NCBI GenBank assembly: GCA_043807425.1
Contig: JAZDFZ010000079.1
Location: 4,301-68,300, forward strand
Origin: Actinomycetota bacterium
Lineage (GTDB): Bacteria > Actinomycetota > Geothermincolia > Fen-727 > Anoxymicrobiaceae
Reading direction: 5' to 3'
Length of the DNA stretch: 64,000 nucleotides
Positions 9,684 through 20,863 of the stretch are shown here, piece by piece. Each line of letters starts with the position of its first letter. Within the stretch, counting starts at the first letter, position 1. The notes under the pieces are model-generated. The model was not told the origin of the DNA. It saw only the letters and a list, made by a program, of their open reading frames with translations, and searched no databases. The position numbers and the translations under genes were made by a program.

Positions 9684-10517
9684 TTGATGGCCGCCAAGGG
9701 CAATAAAGAAAAGACCGGCCAGGCGCGCAAGCAGGCCTCGCCGAAGAAGCCGGACGTCGACACGGTGGCCCTGTGGGCCGAGTACAAGCGCGAGCCTACG
9801 CCTGAGTCCCGGGAGAAGGTCATCCTGCATTACGCTCCACTGGTCCGGTACGTCGCCGGCCGCGTCTCCTCGGGCCTGCCGCCCTCGGTCGAGTTCGGTG
9901 ACCTGGTGAGCTACGGCGTCTTCGGGCTGCTGGACGCCATCGAGAAGTTCGATCCCGAGCGCGGCATCAAGTTCGAGACCTACGCCATCGCCCGCATCAA
10001 GGGCGCCATCATCGACGAGCTGCGCGCCGAGGACTGGGTGCCCCGGTCCATCCGCTTCAAGGCCCGGGAGATCGAGCGCGCCTATGCCGCCCTGGAGAGC
10101 GAGCTGATGCGCATCCCCACGGACGATGAGGTCGCACGCAAGCTGGGGATAACGCTGGACGAGTACCTGGGGCTGCTCTCCAAGATGTCCTTCATCTCGC
10201 TGGTCGCCCTGGACGAGCTCTGGACGGTCTCCGGCGACAAGCCCGACAAGATAAGCCTTGCCGACACCGTCGAGGACGTGAAGGTCAAGGACCCCTCGAA
10301 GAGCTACGAGATCGAGGAGATGAAGGACATCATCGCCGAGGCGATCAACCGCCTGCCGGAGCGCGAGCGCATAGTCGTCACGCTTTACTACTTCGAGGGC
10401 CTGACCATGAGAGAGATAGGCGAGGTCCTGCAGGTCACAGAGTCGCGGGTTTGCCAGATGCACACCAAGGCGATCCTTCGCCTTAGAGGCCGCCTGGGGA
10501 CCACCCTCGGCTTCTAG
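9684..10517 (+). CDS. whiG: RNA polymerase sigma factor, FliA/WhiG (sigma-28) family
   Basis: Sigma-70 region 2 (DLVSYGVFGLLDAIEKFDPERGIKFETYA), region 3 and region 4 (LTMREIGEVLQVTESRVCQMHTKA). Its position between xerC and rpsB matches whiG in other actinobacteria. Confidence 0.85.
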   Translation: MMAAKGNKEKTGQARKQASPKKPDVDTVALWAEYKREPTPESREKVILHYAPLVRYVAGRVSSGLPPSVEFGDLVSYGVFGLLDAIEKFDPERGIKFETYAIARIKGAIIDELRAEDWVPRSIRFKAREIERAYAALESELMRIPTDDEVARKLGITLDEYLGLLSKMSFISLVALDELWTVSGDKPDKISLADTVEDVKVKDPSKSYEIEEMKDIIAEAINRLPERERIVVTLYYFEGLTMREIGEVLQVTESRVCQMHTKAILRLRGRLGTTLGF

Positions 10518-10680
10518 TGCTCCGTCCCATAGGTAGCTTGACGCACCGAGAGTGCTGGGGCGCCGCGCCTGCAAGGCGCGCGACCGAGTCGTACTCACTG
10601 AGTACTCCGAGGGAGCGGAACGCAGCAGGCGTGGATGCAGCGGCGCTCGAATGCCAGGATATTTATGGGACGGAGTACTA
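10515..10680 (+). other. 166-nt element bounded by inverted repeats (candidate structured sRNA or MITE-like repeat)
   Basis: TAGTGCTCCGTCCCATA (10515-10531) pairs with TATGGGACGGAGTACTA (10664-10680), giving 16 Watson-Crick pairs plus one G-U. Internal hairpins lie at 10564-10580 and 10591-10605. The left arm starts inside the whiG stop codon. Confidence 0.35.
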
Positions 10681-10817
10681 GGTGTGCTAGACTTTAACCT
10701 CGCCCCGTTAGCGCGGGGCGAAAATACGCGCCCCGGTGGACTCCGGCGCCGGTGCCCTTACAAGGGTGGCGTCGGGGGATGAAGCCGGGGGAGGATCAAC
10801 CATAGGAGGTTTCGTAG

Positions 10818-11744
10818 ATGGCTGTCGTCACCATGAAGGAGCTCCTGGAAGCGGGAGTTCACTTCGGACACCAGACCCGCCGGTGGAATCCCAAGATGAA
10901 GCCGTTCATCTTCACCGAGCGGAACGATATCTACATCATCGACCTGCAGAAGACCCTGGTCATGATCGGCGCCGCCTACAACGCCATCAGGAACAGGGTG
11001 GCAGCCGGGGGCACGATACTGTTCGTGGGGACGAAGAAGCAGGCCCAGGAGGCGGTGCGCGAGCACGCCGAGAGGTGCGGGATGCCCTACGTCAACAACC
11101 GCTGGCTGGGCGGGACGCTGACCAACTTCACCACCATCCATAGCCGGGTGATGTACCTGGACAACCTCGAGCGGCGCGACATCGACGGCGAGTTCGACGT
11201 CCTGCCCAAGAAGGAGGCGCTGCAGCTGAGGCGCCGCGCCGAGAAGCTGAGGCGCAACCTGGAAGGCATCCGCAACATGCACACCCTGCCGGCGATGGTG
11301 TTCGTCCTGGACACCCGCAAGGAGAAGATCGCGGTGTCCGAAGGCCGGAAGCTCGGCATACCGATAGTGGGGCTGGTCGACACCAACTGCGACCCTGACG
11401 AGGTAGACTTCATCATCCCAGGCAACGACGACGCCATCCGCGCGGCCGAGCTGATCTGCAGGGTGGTGGCTGACGCGGCAATAGACGGGCAGGGGATGAG
11501 GGAGGCCAGGCTCGCCGAGGAGATGGCCGGGGCGGCCGAGCAGGCCAGGGAGCGCCAGCAGGCGGCCCAGGCCAGGATAGGTGTTACGACCCCGGCGTTC
11601 AGCGCCTCACCCGACGACATCGCTGGGCCGACGATGGCCCCGGGTTTCGAGGAGCCGGCGGCCGAGGCGCCCGAGCCCGTGACGGCGCCCGCGACGATTC
11701 CCACGCCGGAGTCGGAGGGAACGGCCCCGGCCAGTCAGGTCTGA
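10818..11744 (+). CDS. rpsB: 30S ribosomal protein S2
   Basis: N-terminus [27 protein letters not shown] is canonical S2. Has an acidic/Ala-Pro-rich C-terminal extension. AGGAGG lies upstream. Confidence 0.97.
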   Translation: MAVVTMKELLEAGVHFGHQTRRWNPKMKPFIFTERNDIYIIDLQKTLVMIGAAYNAIRNRVAAGGTILFVGTKKQAQEAVREHAERCGMPYVNNRWLGGTLTNFTTIHSRVMYLDNLERRDIDGEFDVLPKKEALQLRRRAEKLRRNLEGIRNMHTLPAMVFVLDTRKEKIAVSEGRKLGIPIVGLVDTNCDPDEVDFIIPGNDDAIRAAELICRVVADAAIDGQGMREARLAEEMAGAAEQARERQQAAQARIGVTTPAFSASPDDIAGPTMAPGFEEPAAEAPEPVTAPATIPTPESEGTAPASQV

Positions 11745-11836
11745 GTAGACGTGGAACTCGGGTCGCATTACGTACGGGCAATCTGGAATAGCCTACATTC
11801 ACAGCCAGGATGTGGCACCACGACTGGAGAGAGGAC

Positions 11837-13259
<1,423 letters not shown>

Positions 13260-13262
13260 CAG

Positions 13263-13817
13263 ATGGACTCTATCATGGAGGACGCGGAGTACAGGTTCAT
13301 GAAGGCGGTGGACGTAACCGCCTCCGAGTTCGGCTCGATCAGGACCGGGAGGGCCTCGCCGGTGCTGCTCGAGCGGCTGCAGGTCAACTACTACGGTACG
13401 ATGACGCCGCTCAAGCAGATCTCCACCATCAGCGCGCCCGAGCCCCGGCTGCTGGTCATACAGCCTTACGACCGCACCAGCATCCAGGAGATAGAGAAGG
13501 CGATCACCCAGTCGGACCTCGGCTTCATGCCCTCCGACGACGGCGAGGTCATAAGGGTGCCCGTGCCCCAGCTCACAGAGGAGCGCCGCGTCGAGCTGAC
13601 CAGACTGGTGAAGCACCGCGCCGAGGAAGGCAGGGTGGCCATCCGCAACGTGCGCCGCGAGGCGGTGGAGGCCCTGCGCGGCGAGGAGAAGAAGGGCGAC
13701 GCCACCAAGGATGACCTCCACCGGGGAATGGAAGAGATCCAGAAGCTCACAGACAAGTACATCAGTGAGATAGACGAACTCGCCGAGAAGAAGGCGAAAG
13801 AGCTGATGGAGATATAG
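13263..13817 (+). CDS. frr: Ribosome recycling factor
   Basis: 184-aa ORF with the FGSIRTGRASPVLLERLQVNYYG and RNVRREA motifs. Confidence 0.96.
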   Translation: MDSIMEDAEYRFMKAVDVTASEFGSIRTGRASPVLLERLQVNYYGTMTPLKQISTISAPEPRLLVIQPYDRTSIQEIEKAITQSDLGFMPSDDGEVIRVPVPQLTEERRVELTRLVKHRAEEGRVAIRNVRREAVEALRGEEKKGDATKDDLHRGMEEIQKLTDKYISEIDELAEKKAKELMEI

Positions 13818-13819
13818 GC

Positions 13820-14707
13820 ATGTCCAACCAGGGTTCGGGCCGCTCCACCGCGGAGAGCCTGGTCGAGAGGGTGGCCGGGGCGGTTCTATTCGTGCTCGTC
13901 TTCATAGGCACCCTGCTGTGGGGGTCCCTGCCGTTCACCTTCGGGGTCGCCATCGCCGCGGTGGTCGGCTCGGTCGAGCTGTTCAGCATGTTCGAGACCA
14001 AGGGCCAGGCCACACCGACCGCGGCGCTGATCGGTATAAGCGGCTCCGTCGCATTCGTGGTCCTGGCACACTACAGGCCGATCGAGAGCTTCGGCTACGT
14101 CACGGCGGCGATCATCTTCGCGAGCTTCATGTGGTACATGCTGGTGCTTCGTCACGTGAAGCCGACAAAGGCTGTCGCCCTGACCGTGCTGGCGCCACTG
14201 CTCACGGGTTTCATGCTGTCCCACCTGGTGATGATCCGGGATGCGACCAGCGCGGGCAACTCCAACTATTACAGCGGCTGGTGGATCGTCCTCTACCTGA
14301 TGATCCTCATCTGGCTGTACGACGTGGCGGCCTGGGCGGTGGGGCGCAAGATCGGCCGTACCAAGATGGCGCCCTCCATAAGCCCGAACAAGAGCTGGGA
14401 GGGTACCATCGCGGGGACGGTGGTCGTACTCGGGCTCTCGGTGCTGCTCAGGCTGATCATGAGCGCGATGCTGGGGACTCACATGTTCCCCTGGTTCTCC
14501 TACTGGGTGGCGCTGGCAATCGGCGCGATCGTGTGCGTCCTCGGGCCGCTGGGCGACCTGTCCGAGTCGTTGATGAAGCGCGACTACGGCATCAAGGACA
14601 TGGGCAAGCTCATCCCGGGCCACGGGGGCATCATGGACCGGTTCGACTCGACCATATTCACCGCCCCGGCGGTCTTCTACTTCCTCTACTACTTCGTTCT
14701 CCGGTGA
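13820..14707 (+). CDS. cdsA: Phosphatidate cytidylyltransferase
   Basis: Multi-pass membrane protein with the C-terminal CdsA signature SESLMKRDYGIKDMGKLIPGHGGIMDRFDS. Confidence 0.93.
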   Translation: MSNQGSGRSTAESLVERVAGAVLFVLVFIGTLLWGSLPFTFGVAIAAVVGSVELFSMFETKGQATPTAALIGISGSVAFVVLAHYRPIESFGYVTAAIIFASFMWYMLVLRHVKPTKAVALTVLAPLLTGFMLSHLVMIRDATSAGNSNYYSGWWIVLYLMILIWLYDVAAWAVGRKIGRTKMAPSISPNKSWEGTIAGTVVVLGLSVLLRLIMSAMLGTHMFPWFSYWVALAIGAIVCVLGPLGDLSESLMKRDYGIKDMGKLIPGHGGIMDRFDSTIFTAPAVFYFLYYFVLR

Positions 14708-14708
14708 G

Positions 14709-15881
14709 GTGGCAGGGATCTTGCGCGTAGCCATCCTGGGCTCGACGGGTTCCATAGGGACGCAGGCGATAGAGGTTGCGGGCGCCCTCTCCGACCGCCT
14801 GGAGGTGACGGCGCTCTCCGCTCACCGGAACGGGCCGCTGCTTTCGAATCAGGCCCGGGCGCTGGGAGCGGGGCTGGCCTGCCTCTCCGACCCGGAGGCG
14901 GCCGGGCGGTACGCCGGCCTGTTCGCAGAGGCCGGGGTCGAACTGCTCTCCGGGCCGGAGGGGGTCCTGGAGCTCATCGGGCGGGCGGGGTGCGACCTGG
15001 TCCTCAACGCCATGGTGGGTACGGCTGGGCTGCCCGCCACATTAGCCGTCTGTGAGGCCGGGGGGACCCTGGCGCTCGCCAACAAGGAGAGCCTTGTGGC
15101 CGGCGGGCGCCTGGTGATGGACGCCTCCCGCCGGGCCGGCACCGGGATAATCCCGGTGGACAGCGAACATTCGGCCATCTTCCAGTGTCTAAGGGGAGAG
15201 GAGCCGGCCGGCCTGAGAAGGATAATCCTGACCGCGTCGGGAGGTCCGTTCCACGAGGAGCCGACCGACCTGGCGACGGTCACGGTCGAGCAGACCATGG
15301 CGCACCCGACCTGGCGCATGGGGCGCAAGGTCACCGTCGACTCCGCCACGCTGATGAACAAGGGGCTGGAGGTGCTGGAAGCGCACCACCTGTTCGGGGT
15401 CCCCCTGGACGACATAGAAGTGATCGTTCACAGGCAGAGTATCGTCCACTCGATGGTCGAGATGGCCGACGGCTCGGTGCTGGCGCAGCTCGGGGTGCCG
15501 GACATGCGCATCCCCATCCAGTACGCGCTTACGTTCCCGGAACGCGTGCCGGGGCCCGCGCCGAGGCTGGACCTGGCCGCGGAGGCCGACCTGACCTTCG
15601 GGCCGGTGGACGTGGAGCGGTTTCCCTGCCTGGCGCTGGCTGTCGAGGCCGGGCGCGCGGGCGGGACGGCCCCGGCGGCGATGAACGCGGCCAACGAGGA
15701 AGCCGTCGAGGCGTTCCTCTCTGGGCGCATAGGATTTACTGGGATACCGGGCGTCGTCGCCGCGGTGATGGACGCGCGGGAGAGGCTGGAAGGTGAGAGC
15801 ATCGAAGATGTGTTGAATGCCGACAGGGCGGCCAGGGTGCTCGCCCGCGACGAGATAGCCAGGCGCGAGGAGCCCCGATGA
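14709..15881 (+). CDS. dxr: 1-deoxy-D-xylulose 5-phosphate reductoisomerase
   Basis: Carries ILGSTGSIGTQA (NADPH site), LANKESLV, PVDSEHSAIFQCL and HPTWRMGRKVTVDSATLMNKGLE. Confidence 0.96.
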   Translation: MAGILRVAILGSTGSIGTQAIEVAGALSDRLEVTALSAHRNGPLLSNQARALGAGLACLSDPEAAGRYAGLFAEAGVELLSGPEGVLELIGRAGCDLVLNAMVGTAGLPATLAVCEAGGTLALANKESLVAGGRLVMDASRRAGTGIIPVDSEHSAIFQCLRGEEPAGLRRIILTASGGPFHEEPTDLATVTVEQTMAHPTWRMGRKVTVDSATLMNKGLEVLEAHHLFGVPLDDIEVIVHRQSIVHSMVEMADGSVLAQLGVPDMRIPIQYALTFPERVPGPAPRLDLAAEADLTFGPVDVERFPCLALAVEAGRAGGTAPAAMNAANEEAVEAFLSGRIGFTGIPGVVAAVMDARERLEGESIEDVLNADRAARVLARDEIARREEPR

Positions 15882-16996
15882 TAGTCTTCTGGATATTCGT
15901 GATCGTGCTGGTGATCGCGTTCATGATCATTACGCACGAGATGGGACACTTCTTCGCGGCCAAGGCGGTGGGCATAAAGGCCGAGACCTTCTCCATCGGG
16001 TTCGGGCCGGAGATCGTCGGGTGGACGAGGGGCGGGACGAGGTACGCCATCAAGTGGATCCTCGCCGGCGGCTCGGTGAAGATCCTGGGGATGGACCCCA
16101 ATGAGGAGATAAGCGAGGAGGACCTTCCCTACTCCTATACCCAGGCCGCCTACTGGAAGCGGGCGGTAGTGGTCCTGGCCGGCTCCTTCGTACACATAGT
16201 GATCGCGCTGCTCCTTCTCTACATCTACTTCTGGCCGGTCGGCTACCAGATGCCCACGGGCCGCATCCAGGAGGTGTTGCCGACCTGGGAGGTCAGCCAG
16301 GGTGTAAAGGAGCCCACCCCCGCCGCCGAGGCCGGCCTGGAGAAGGGCGACCTCATAACCAGCGTGGACGGGGTCGAGGTGAAGAACTGGTACGAGCTTC
16401 AGGAGCAGCTCAACAGCCACCCCGGCAAGGTCGTGACCCTGATCATAAGCCGGGATGGCGAGACTGTCACCAAACGGGTGAAGCTGCTCGACGTGGGGGG
16501 CGAGGGCAAGCTCGGGGTCGAAGCCGATCTGAAGGATACCTACACGGTCCGCTCCAACCCGCTGACCGCCATCGGCCAGGCGTTCAAAGCGCTGGGCCTG
16601 GGGACGGTAGCCATCGTGAGGGGCCTGGGGAGCCTGTTCTCGCTCAAGACGTTGAAGATGATATTCGGGGTCACGCCGCGTACCCAGGAGGGGCCCATGA
16701 GCATCGTCGGCGGTGCGCGCCTGGCCTACCAGGCGGCCGGTGCGGGCTCGTCGGTGTTCATTTTCGTGCTGGCGCAGTTGTTCCTGTGGCTCGCGCTCTT
16801 CAACCTGATACCGCTGCCGCCGTTCGACGGCGGTCACCTGCTGGTCATCGTCATCGAGAAGGTGTTCCACAAGGAGATAGACCTCCGCAAGCTCACTCCC
16901 ATCGCGGTGGTGGTGCTCGTACTACTGACGGTGCTTGCCCTGCGACTCATCTTCCTGGACATCTTCAACCCGCTCAAGAACCCGTTCATCCCCTGA
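15878..16996 (+). CDS. rseP: M50-family site-2 protease (RseP/Rip1)
   Basis: HEMGHF zinc motif in the first TM helix, a central PDZ-like segment, and the C-terminal NLIPLPPFDGGH motif. Confidence 0.92.
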   Translation: MIVFWIFVIVLVIAFMIITHEMGHFFAAKAVGIKAETFSIGFGPEIVGWTRGGTRYAIKWILAGGSVKILGMDPNEEISEEDLPYSYTQAAYWKRAVVVLAGSFVHIVIALLLLYIYFWPVGYQMPTGRIQEVLPTWEVSQGVKEPTPAAEAGLEKGDLITSVDGVEVKNWYELQEQLNSHPGKVVTLIISRDGETVTKRVKLLDVGGEGKLGVEADLKDTYTVRSNPLTAIGQAFKALGLGTVAIVRGLGSLFSLKTLKMIFGVTPRTQEGPMSIVGGARLAYQAAGAGSSVFIFVLAQLFLWLALFNLIPLPPFDGGHLLVIVIEKVFHKEIDLRKLTPIAVVVLVLLTVLALRLIFLDIFNPLKNPFIP

Positions 16997-17020
16997 CTCA
17001 GGTGGGTGCCAGGCGGGATT

Positions 17021-17126
17021 GACTAGGATAGGGGTCAGGCACGATTCAATTCACTGGTTGCAGCCATCGGTCCCTCGACCCCGTATACTAGAATATGACT
17101 TGAATCTGACCTGACCCCTGGGGTAG
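17021..17126. repeat. Inverted pair of an approximately 30-nt intergenic repeat (family R2)
   Basis: GACTAGGATAGGGGTCAGGCACGATTCAATTCA (17021-17053) and the reverse-oriented copy GAATATGACTTGAATCTGACCTGACCCCTGGGGTAG (17091-17126). The arms GGGGTCAGGCACGATTCAA and TTGAATCTGACCTGACCCC are near-complementary. A third copy lies at 43745-43782. Confidence 0.7.
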
Positions 17127-17129
17127 TCG

Positions 17130-18197
17130 ATGAGGCGCATCTCGAAGAAGATACGGGTGGGCGGCGTCGCCGTGGGCGGTGATGCGCCCGTGACCGTCCA
17201 GTCCATGACCAACACCGACACCTCCGACGTCGAGGCCACCCTGGCGCAGATACGCGAGCTGGAGGCCGCCGGGTGCGAGCTGGTCAGGGTAGCCGTGCCC
17301 GACGACAGGGCCGCCGACGCCCTGCCGCGCATAATGGAGGGGACGCGCCTCCCGGTCATCGCCGACCTCCACTTCGACTGGCGGCTGGCCTTCTACGTTA
17401 TGGAGCAGGGCGTGCCCGGCATCAGGATCAACCCGGGGACGCTGGGCAAGAGGGAGCGCATCGGCGAGATAGCCGCCGAGGCCGCGCGCAGGGGCATCGC
17501 GGTCCGCATAGGCGTGAACTCCGGGTCGCTGGAGAGGCGCTTCCTGGAGAAGGGAGAGCGCGCGGAGGCCGAGGCGCTCGCGGCGAGCGCCCTGGAGGGC
17601 GCCGAGCTGGTGGCCGGCCACGGGGTCGAGAACATCAAGCTCTCGGTCAAGGCCTCCGACGTCCCGCGCACCATCGAGGCTTACCGCTTCGCCGCCTCGC
17701 GCTGCGACTGGCCGCTACACGTGGGCGTCACGGAGGCGGGCACCCTCTGGTCCGGCACCATCAAGAGCGCGGTCGGCATAGGGGCCCTGCTCTCCGAGGG
17801 TATTGGTGATACCATCAGGGTCTCGCTCACCGCGTCGCCGGTGGAGGAGGTCCGCGTCGGGCGGAAGATCCTTGCCTCGCTGGGCCTGCGCGAGCCGGGC
17901 CCGGAGGTCGTCTCCTGCCCGACATGCGCGCGCACCGAGTACGACGTCATCGCGATGGCCGAGCGCGTCGAGCGTGAGCTCGAAAGCCTTTCCATCCCCA
18001 TCCGGGTGGCGGTCATGGGCTGCACCGTCAATGGGCCGGGCGAGGCCAGGGAGGCCGATATCGGGCTCGCCGGGGGCAGGGACGGAGGGCTCCTTTTCGT
18101 GAAAGGCGAGATGGTCCGCAAGGTGCCGTCCGAGAGCATGCTGGAGGAGCTGTTGAAGGAGATACGGAAGATGGCCTCACGGATAGAGGAGGCTTAG
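17130..18197 (+). CDS. ispG: 4-hydroxy-3-methylbut-2-enyl diphosphate synthase
   Basis: Carries VGGDAPVTVQSMTNT, RVAVP, IPVIADLHFD, the C-terminal CPTCARTE and the GCTVNGPGEA cluster cysteines. Confidence 0.96.
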   Translation: MRRISKKIRVGGVAVGGDAPVTVQSMTNTDTSDVEATLAQIRELEAAGCELVRVAVPDDRAADALPRIMEGTRLPVIADLHFDWRLAFYVMEQGVPGIRINPGTLGKRERIGEIAAEAARRGIAVRIGVNSGSLERRFLEKGERAEAEALAASALEGAELVAGHGVENIKLSVKASDVPRTIEAYRFAASRCDWPLHVGVTEAGTLWSGTIKSAVGIGALLSEGIGDTIRVSLTASPVEEVRVGRKILASLGLREPGPEVVSCPTCARTEYDVIAMAERVERELESLSIPIRVAVMGCTVNGPGEAREADIGLAGGRDGGLLFVKGEMVRKVPSESMLEELLKEIRKMASRIEEA

Positions 18198-18203
18198 GAC
18201 AGC

Positions 18204-19910
18204 TTGAAGTTCACCCACGCAACGGTGCCCACCCTCAAGGAGAAGCCCGCCGAGGCCGAGGTCGCCAGCCACGAGCTGCTGCTCCGCGCCGGGATGATGC
18301 GGCCGGTCGCGGCCGGCATCTACACGCTGCTTCCCCTGGGTACGCTGGCCCTGGCCAGGATAGAGGACATAGTCCGCGACGAGATGAACGCCGCGGGGGC
18401 CTGCGAGCTGATACTGCCGACCCTCCAGCCGTCGGATGCCTGGGAGGAGTCGGGCCGCTGGTCGGCCTACGGCCCGGAGATGATGCGCCTGGCCGACCGT
18501 CAGGGCCGCGACTTCTGCCTGGCTCCCACCGCCGAGGAGGTCATCACCCTGACCGTCGCGCGCATAGCACCGTCGTACCGCGACCTCCCGCTGAACCTGT
18601 ACCAGATACAGACCAAGTTCCGCGACGAGACCAGGCCGCGCTTCGGCCTGCTGCGCGGCCGCGAGTTCCGCATGAAGGACGCCTACAGCTTCCATGCCGA
18701 CGCCGCGGACCTGGACGAGACCTACGCCCGCATGTACGAGGCGTACTCGGCCATGGCCCGCCGCTGCTCGCTGGAGGTCAAGGTGGTAGAGGCGGCTACC
18801 GGGCTCATCGGCGGCGACACCTCGCACGAGTTCATGGTGGTCTCTGGAATAGGTGAGGACGTGCTGGTGTTCTGCGACTCTTGCGACTACGGAGCCAATG
18901 CCGAGCTCGAGTCCCACCGCCCCTCGCGCGCTATCGGAAGCCCGGGGGGCGCGGCCCCCGAGGAGGTCCACACCCCGGGCATGACGACCATAGAGGATGT
19001 CGCCACCTTCATCGGGGTCACCCCCGAGGCGGTGATGAAGTGCGTCATGTACGTGGCGGACGGCGAGGCGGTCGCCGCCTTTATCCCAGGATACCGTGAG
19101 CTCAGCGAGTCCAAGCTGGCCGCCGCGCTCGGGACCGACGACTTCCACCCCCTGCGCGAGGACGAGCGGGAGCTCTTCGGCGAACTCACCACCGGGTTCA
19201 CCGGCCCGGTGGGCCTGCGGGGGGTAAGGGTGCTGTTCGACCGGGAGCTGGCCGGAGGGCGGGGGCTGGTCTGCGGGGCCAACCGCCTCGACTATCATCT
19301 CAGGGGCGTGGATGAGGGCAGGGACTTCGCCGCCGAGCCGCTCGCTGATATCGCGGCGGCCGTCGTGGGAGACCTCTGCCCGCGCTGCGATGGCTCGCTG
19401 GGGATGGCCCGGGGTATCGAGGTAGGGCATATTTTCAAGCTGGGCCTGAAGTACTCCGAGCCGCTCAAGGCCCACTTCACGGATGCCGACGGGGTCTCGC
19501 GGCCGATGATCATGGGTACCTACGGTATCGGCACCTCGCGCATTCTCCAGACGGTGGTCGAGCAGCACCACGACGAAAAGGGGATATGCTGGCCGGCGTC
19601 GGTGGCCCCCCTGCCCGTCGAGCTGATCGTGCTGGACCCGGGGAGCGGGTCGCAGGCGGAGGCGGCGGCGCGCATCACCGGGGGTCTGGCCGAAAGGTCG
19701 GTGCAGGTGCTTACCGACGAGCGGGCCCTGAGCCCCGGTATCAAGTTCAACGACGCCGATTTGGTCGGGCTTCCGGTCCAGGTCGTGCTGGGGAAGAAGC
19801 TCATCGACGGGATGGTAGACCTGAAGATCCGACACACGGGCGAGCGCCGTGACGTGGCCGCCGGGGACGCGGTGGGGGGCGTGATCCGTGCCCTCGAAGA
19901 AGCCCCCTAG
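18204..19910 (+). CDS. proS: Prolyl-tRNA synthetase (bacterial type with INS editing domain)
   Basis: Class II motifs (FRDETRPRFGLLRGREFRMKDAYSF; GTYGIGTSR), a central editing-domain-length insertion and a C-terminal anticodon-binding domain. TTG start. Confidence 0.95.
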   Translation: MKFTHATVPTLKEKPAEAEVASHELLLRAGMMRPVAAGIYTLLPLGTLALARIEDIVRDEMNAAGACELILPTLQPSDAWEESGRWSAYGPEMMRLADRQGRDFCLAPTAEEVITLTVARIAPSYRDLPLNLYQIQTKFRDETRPRFGLLRGREFRMKDAYSFHADAADLDETYARMYEAYSAMARRCSLEVKVVEAATGLIGGDTSHEFMVVSGIGEDVLVFCDSCDYGANAELESHRPSRAIGSPGGAAPEEVHTPGMTTIEDVATFIGVTPEAVMKCVMYVADGEAVAAFIPGYRELSESKLAAALGTDDFHPLREDERELFGELTTGFTGPVGLRGVRVLFDRELAGGRGLVCGANRLDYHLRGVDEGRDFAAEPLADIAAAVVGDLCPRCDGSLGMARGIEVGHIFKLGLKYSEPLKAHFTDADGVSRPMIMGTYGIGTSRILQTVVEQHHDEKGICWPASVAPLPVELIVLDPGSGSQAEAAARITGGLAERSVQVLTDERALSPGIKFNDADLVGLPVQVVLGKKLIDGMVDLKIRHTGERRDVAAGDAVGGVIRALEEAP

Positions 19911-20214
19911 GCGCCCCCGGTGGGGGGCGGGCCTGTTCGATCCCCTGGGCTCCAGCCTTCCGGACGGCTGGGTCGATGTCGCCCGGGCCCCCGACGGGCC
20001 GTCCGCCGGGCTGCTGGAGTCGCTGCTCAGGGAAGCCGGCATCCCCGTGATGTTGTGGAAGCCGGCCGTGTTCCCGTACCTGGGCTCGGGGATCGGCGGG
20101 GTCCGCACCGTGCTGGTGCCCGAGGGGCGCAGGGAAGAGGCCTGCGAGTTGCTGGCGGACCGCTGGGACACGGTCGGCGGGGAGGAAGGCGATGGAGGGA
20201 CCGATGGAGACTGA
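19888..20214 (+). CDS. Small hypothetical protein, DUF2007-like
   Basis: 108-aa ORF overlapping the proS end and the pgsA start. The segment LLESLLREAGIPVML...VLVPEGRREEACELL resembles the DUF2007 fold. Start unresolved. Confidence 0.45.
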   Translation: MPSKKPPRRPRWGAGLFDPLGSSLPDGWVDVARAPDGPSAGLLESLLREAGIPVMLWKPAVFPYLGSGIGGVRTVLVPEGRREEACELLADRWDTVGGEEGDGGTDGD

Positions 20215-20863
20215 GACCCAAACGGGGGCCGCGGCACCAGGGGCCACGGAGGGACCCACCCGCGGGCAGCGCCGCGAGGAGGGTCTCCGCTGGTTCGCCG
20301 ACTTCATATTCCAACCGTTTCTATGGGTCTTCGTCCATGCGCACATCTCGCCGAACCTGATCACGATCCTGGGGATGGCCCTGGCGATCGTCAGCGGCTA
20401 TCTTCTCGCGACGGGGTACGTTCCCCTCGCCGCGGTCTTCTTCACACTGTCGGGAATACTCGACCTGGTCGACGGGTACGTCGCCAAGAAGATGGACATG
20501 GTGTCGGTCTTCGGGTCTTTCCTGGACTCGGTCTCAGACAGGGTCAGCGACGCGGCGATATACACCGGCCTGATGGTCTATTACCTGGAGCGCGCCGAAG
20601 GGGTGTACGTCGGAGTCGCACTGGCCGTCTTCGTGGTCTCGTTCCTGATCAGCTACGTGCGCGCGAGGGCCGAGGCTCTGGACACGACCTGCCGCGCGGG
20701 GCTCATGTCCAGGCCTGTGCGCCTGCTGCTGCTCGTAGCGGGGCTCTTCTTCAACGGGCTGTCGCCCTGGGTGCTCAAGGTGACGCTGTGGATACTGCTG
20801 GTTATGCTCGCCGAGACCCTGGTGTCGAGGCTGGTCGAGGTATGGAGGGCACTGGAGAGATGA
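20192..20863 (+). CDS. pgsA1: CDP-alcohol phosphatidyltransferase (phosphatidylinositol-phosphate synthase-like)
   Basis: Carries the CDP-alcohol PT motif DLVDGYVAKKMDMVSVFGSFLDSVSDRVSD in a 6-TM protein. The acyltransferase and GT4 genes that follow mirror the mycobacterial pgsA1-patA-pimA operon. Confidence 0.85.
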   Translation: MEGPMETETQTGAAAPGATEGPTRGQRREEGLRWFADFIFQPFLWVFVHAHISPNLITILGMALAIVSGYLLATGYVPLAAVFFTLSGILDLVDGYVAKKMDMVSVFGSFLDSVSDRVSDAAIYTGLMVYYLERAEGVYVGVALAVFVVSFLISYVRARAEALDTTCRAGLMSRPVRLLLLVAGLFFNGLSPWVLKVTLWILLVMLAETLVSRLVEVWRALER

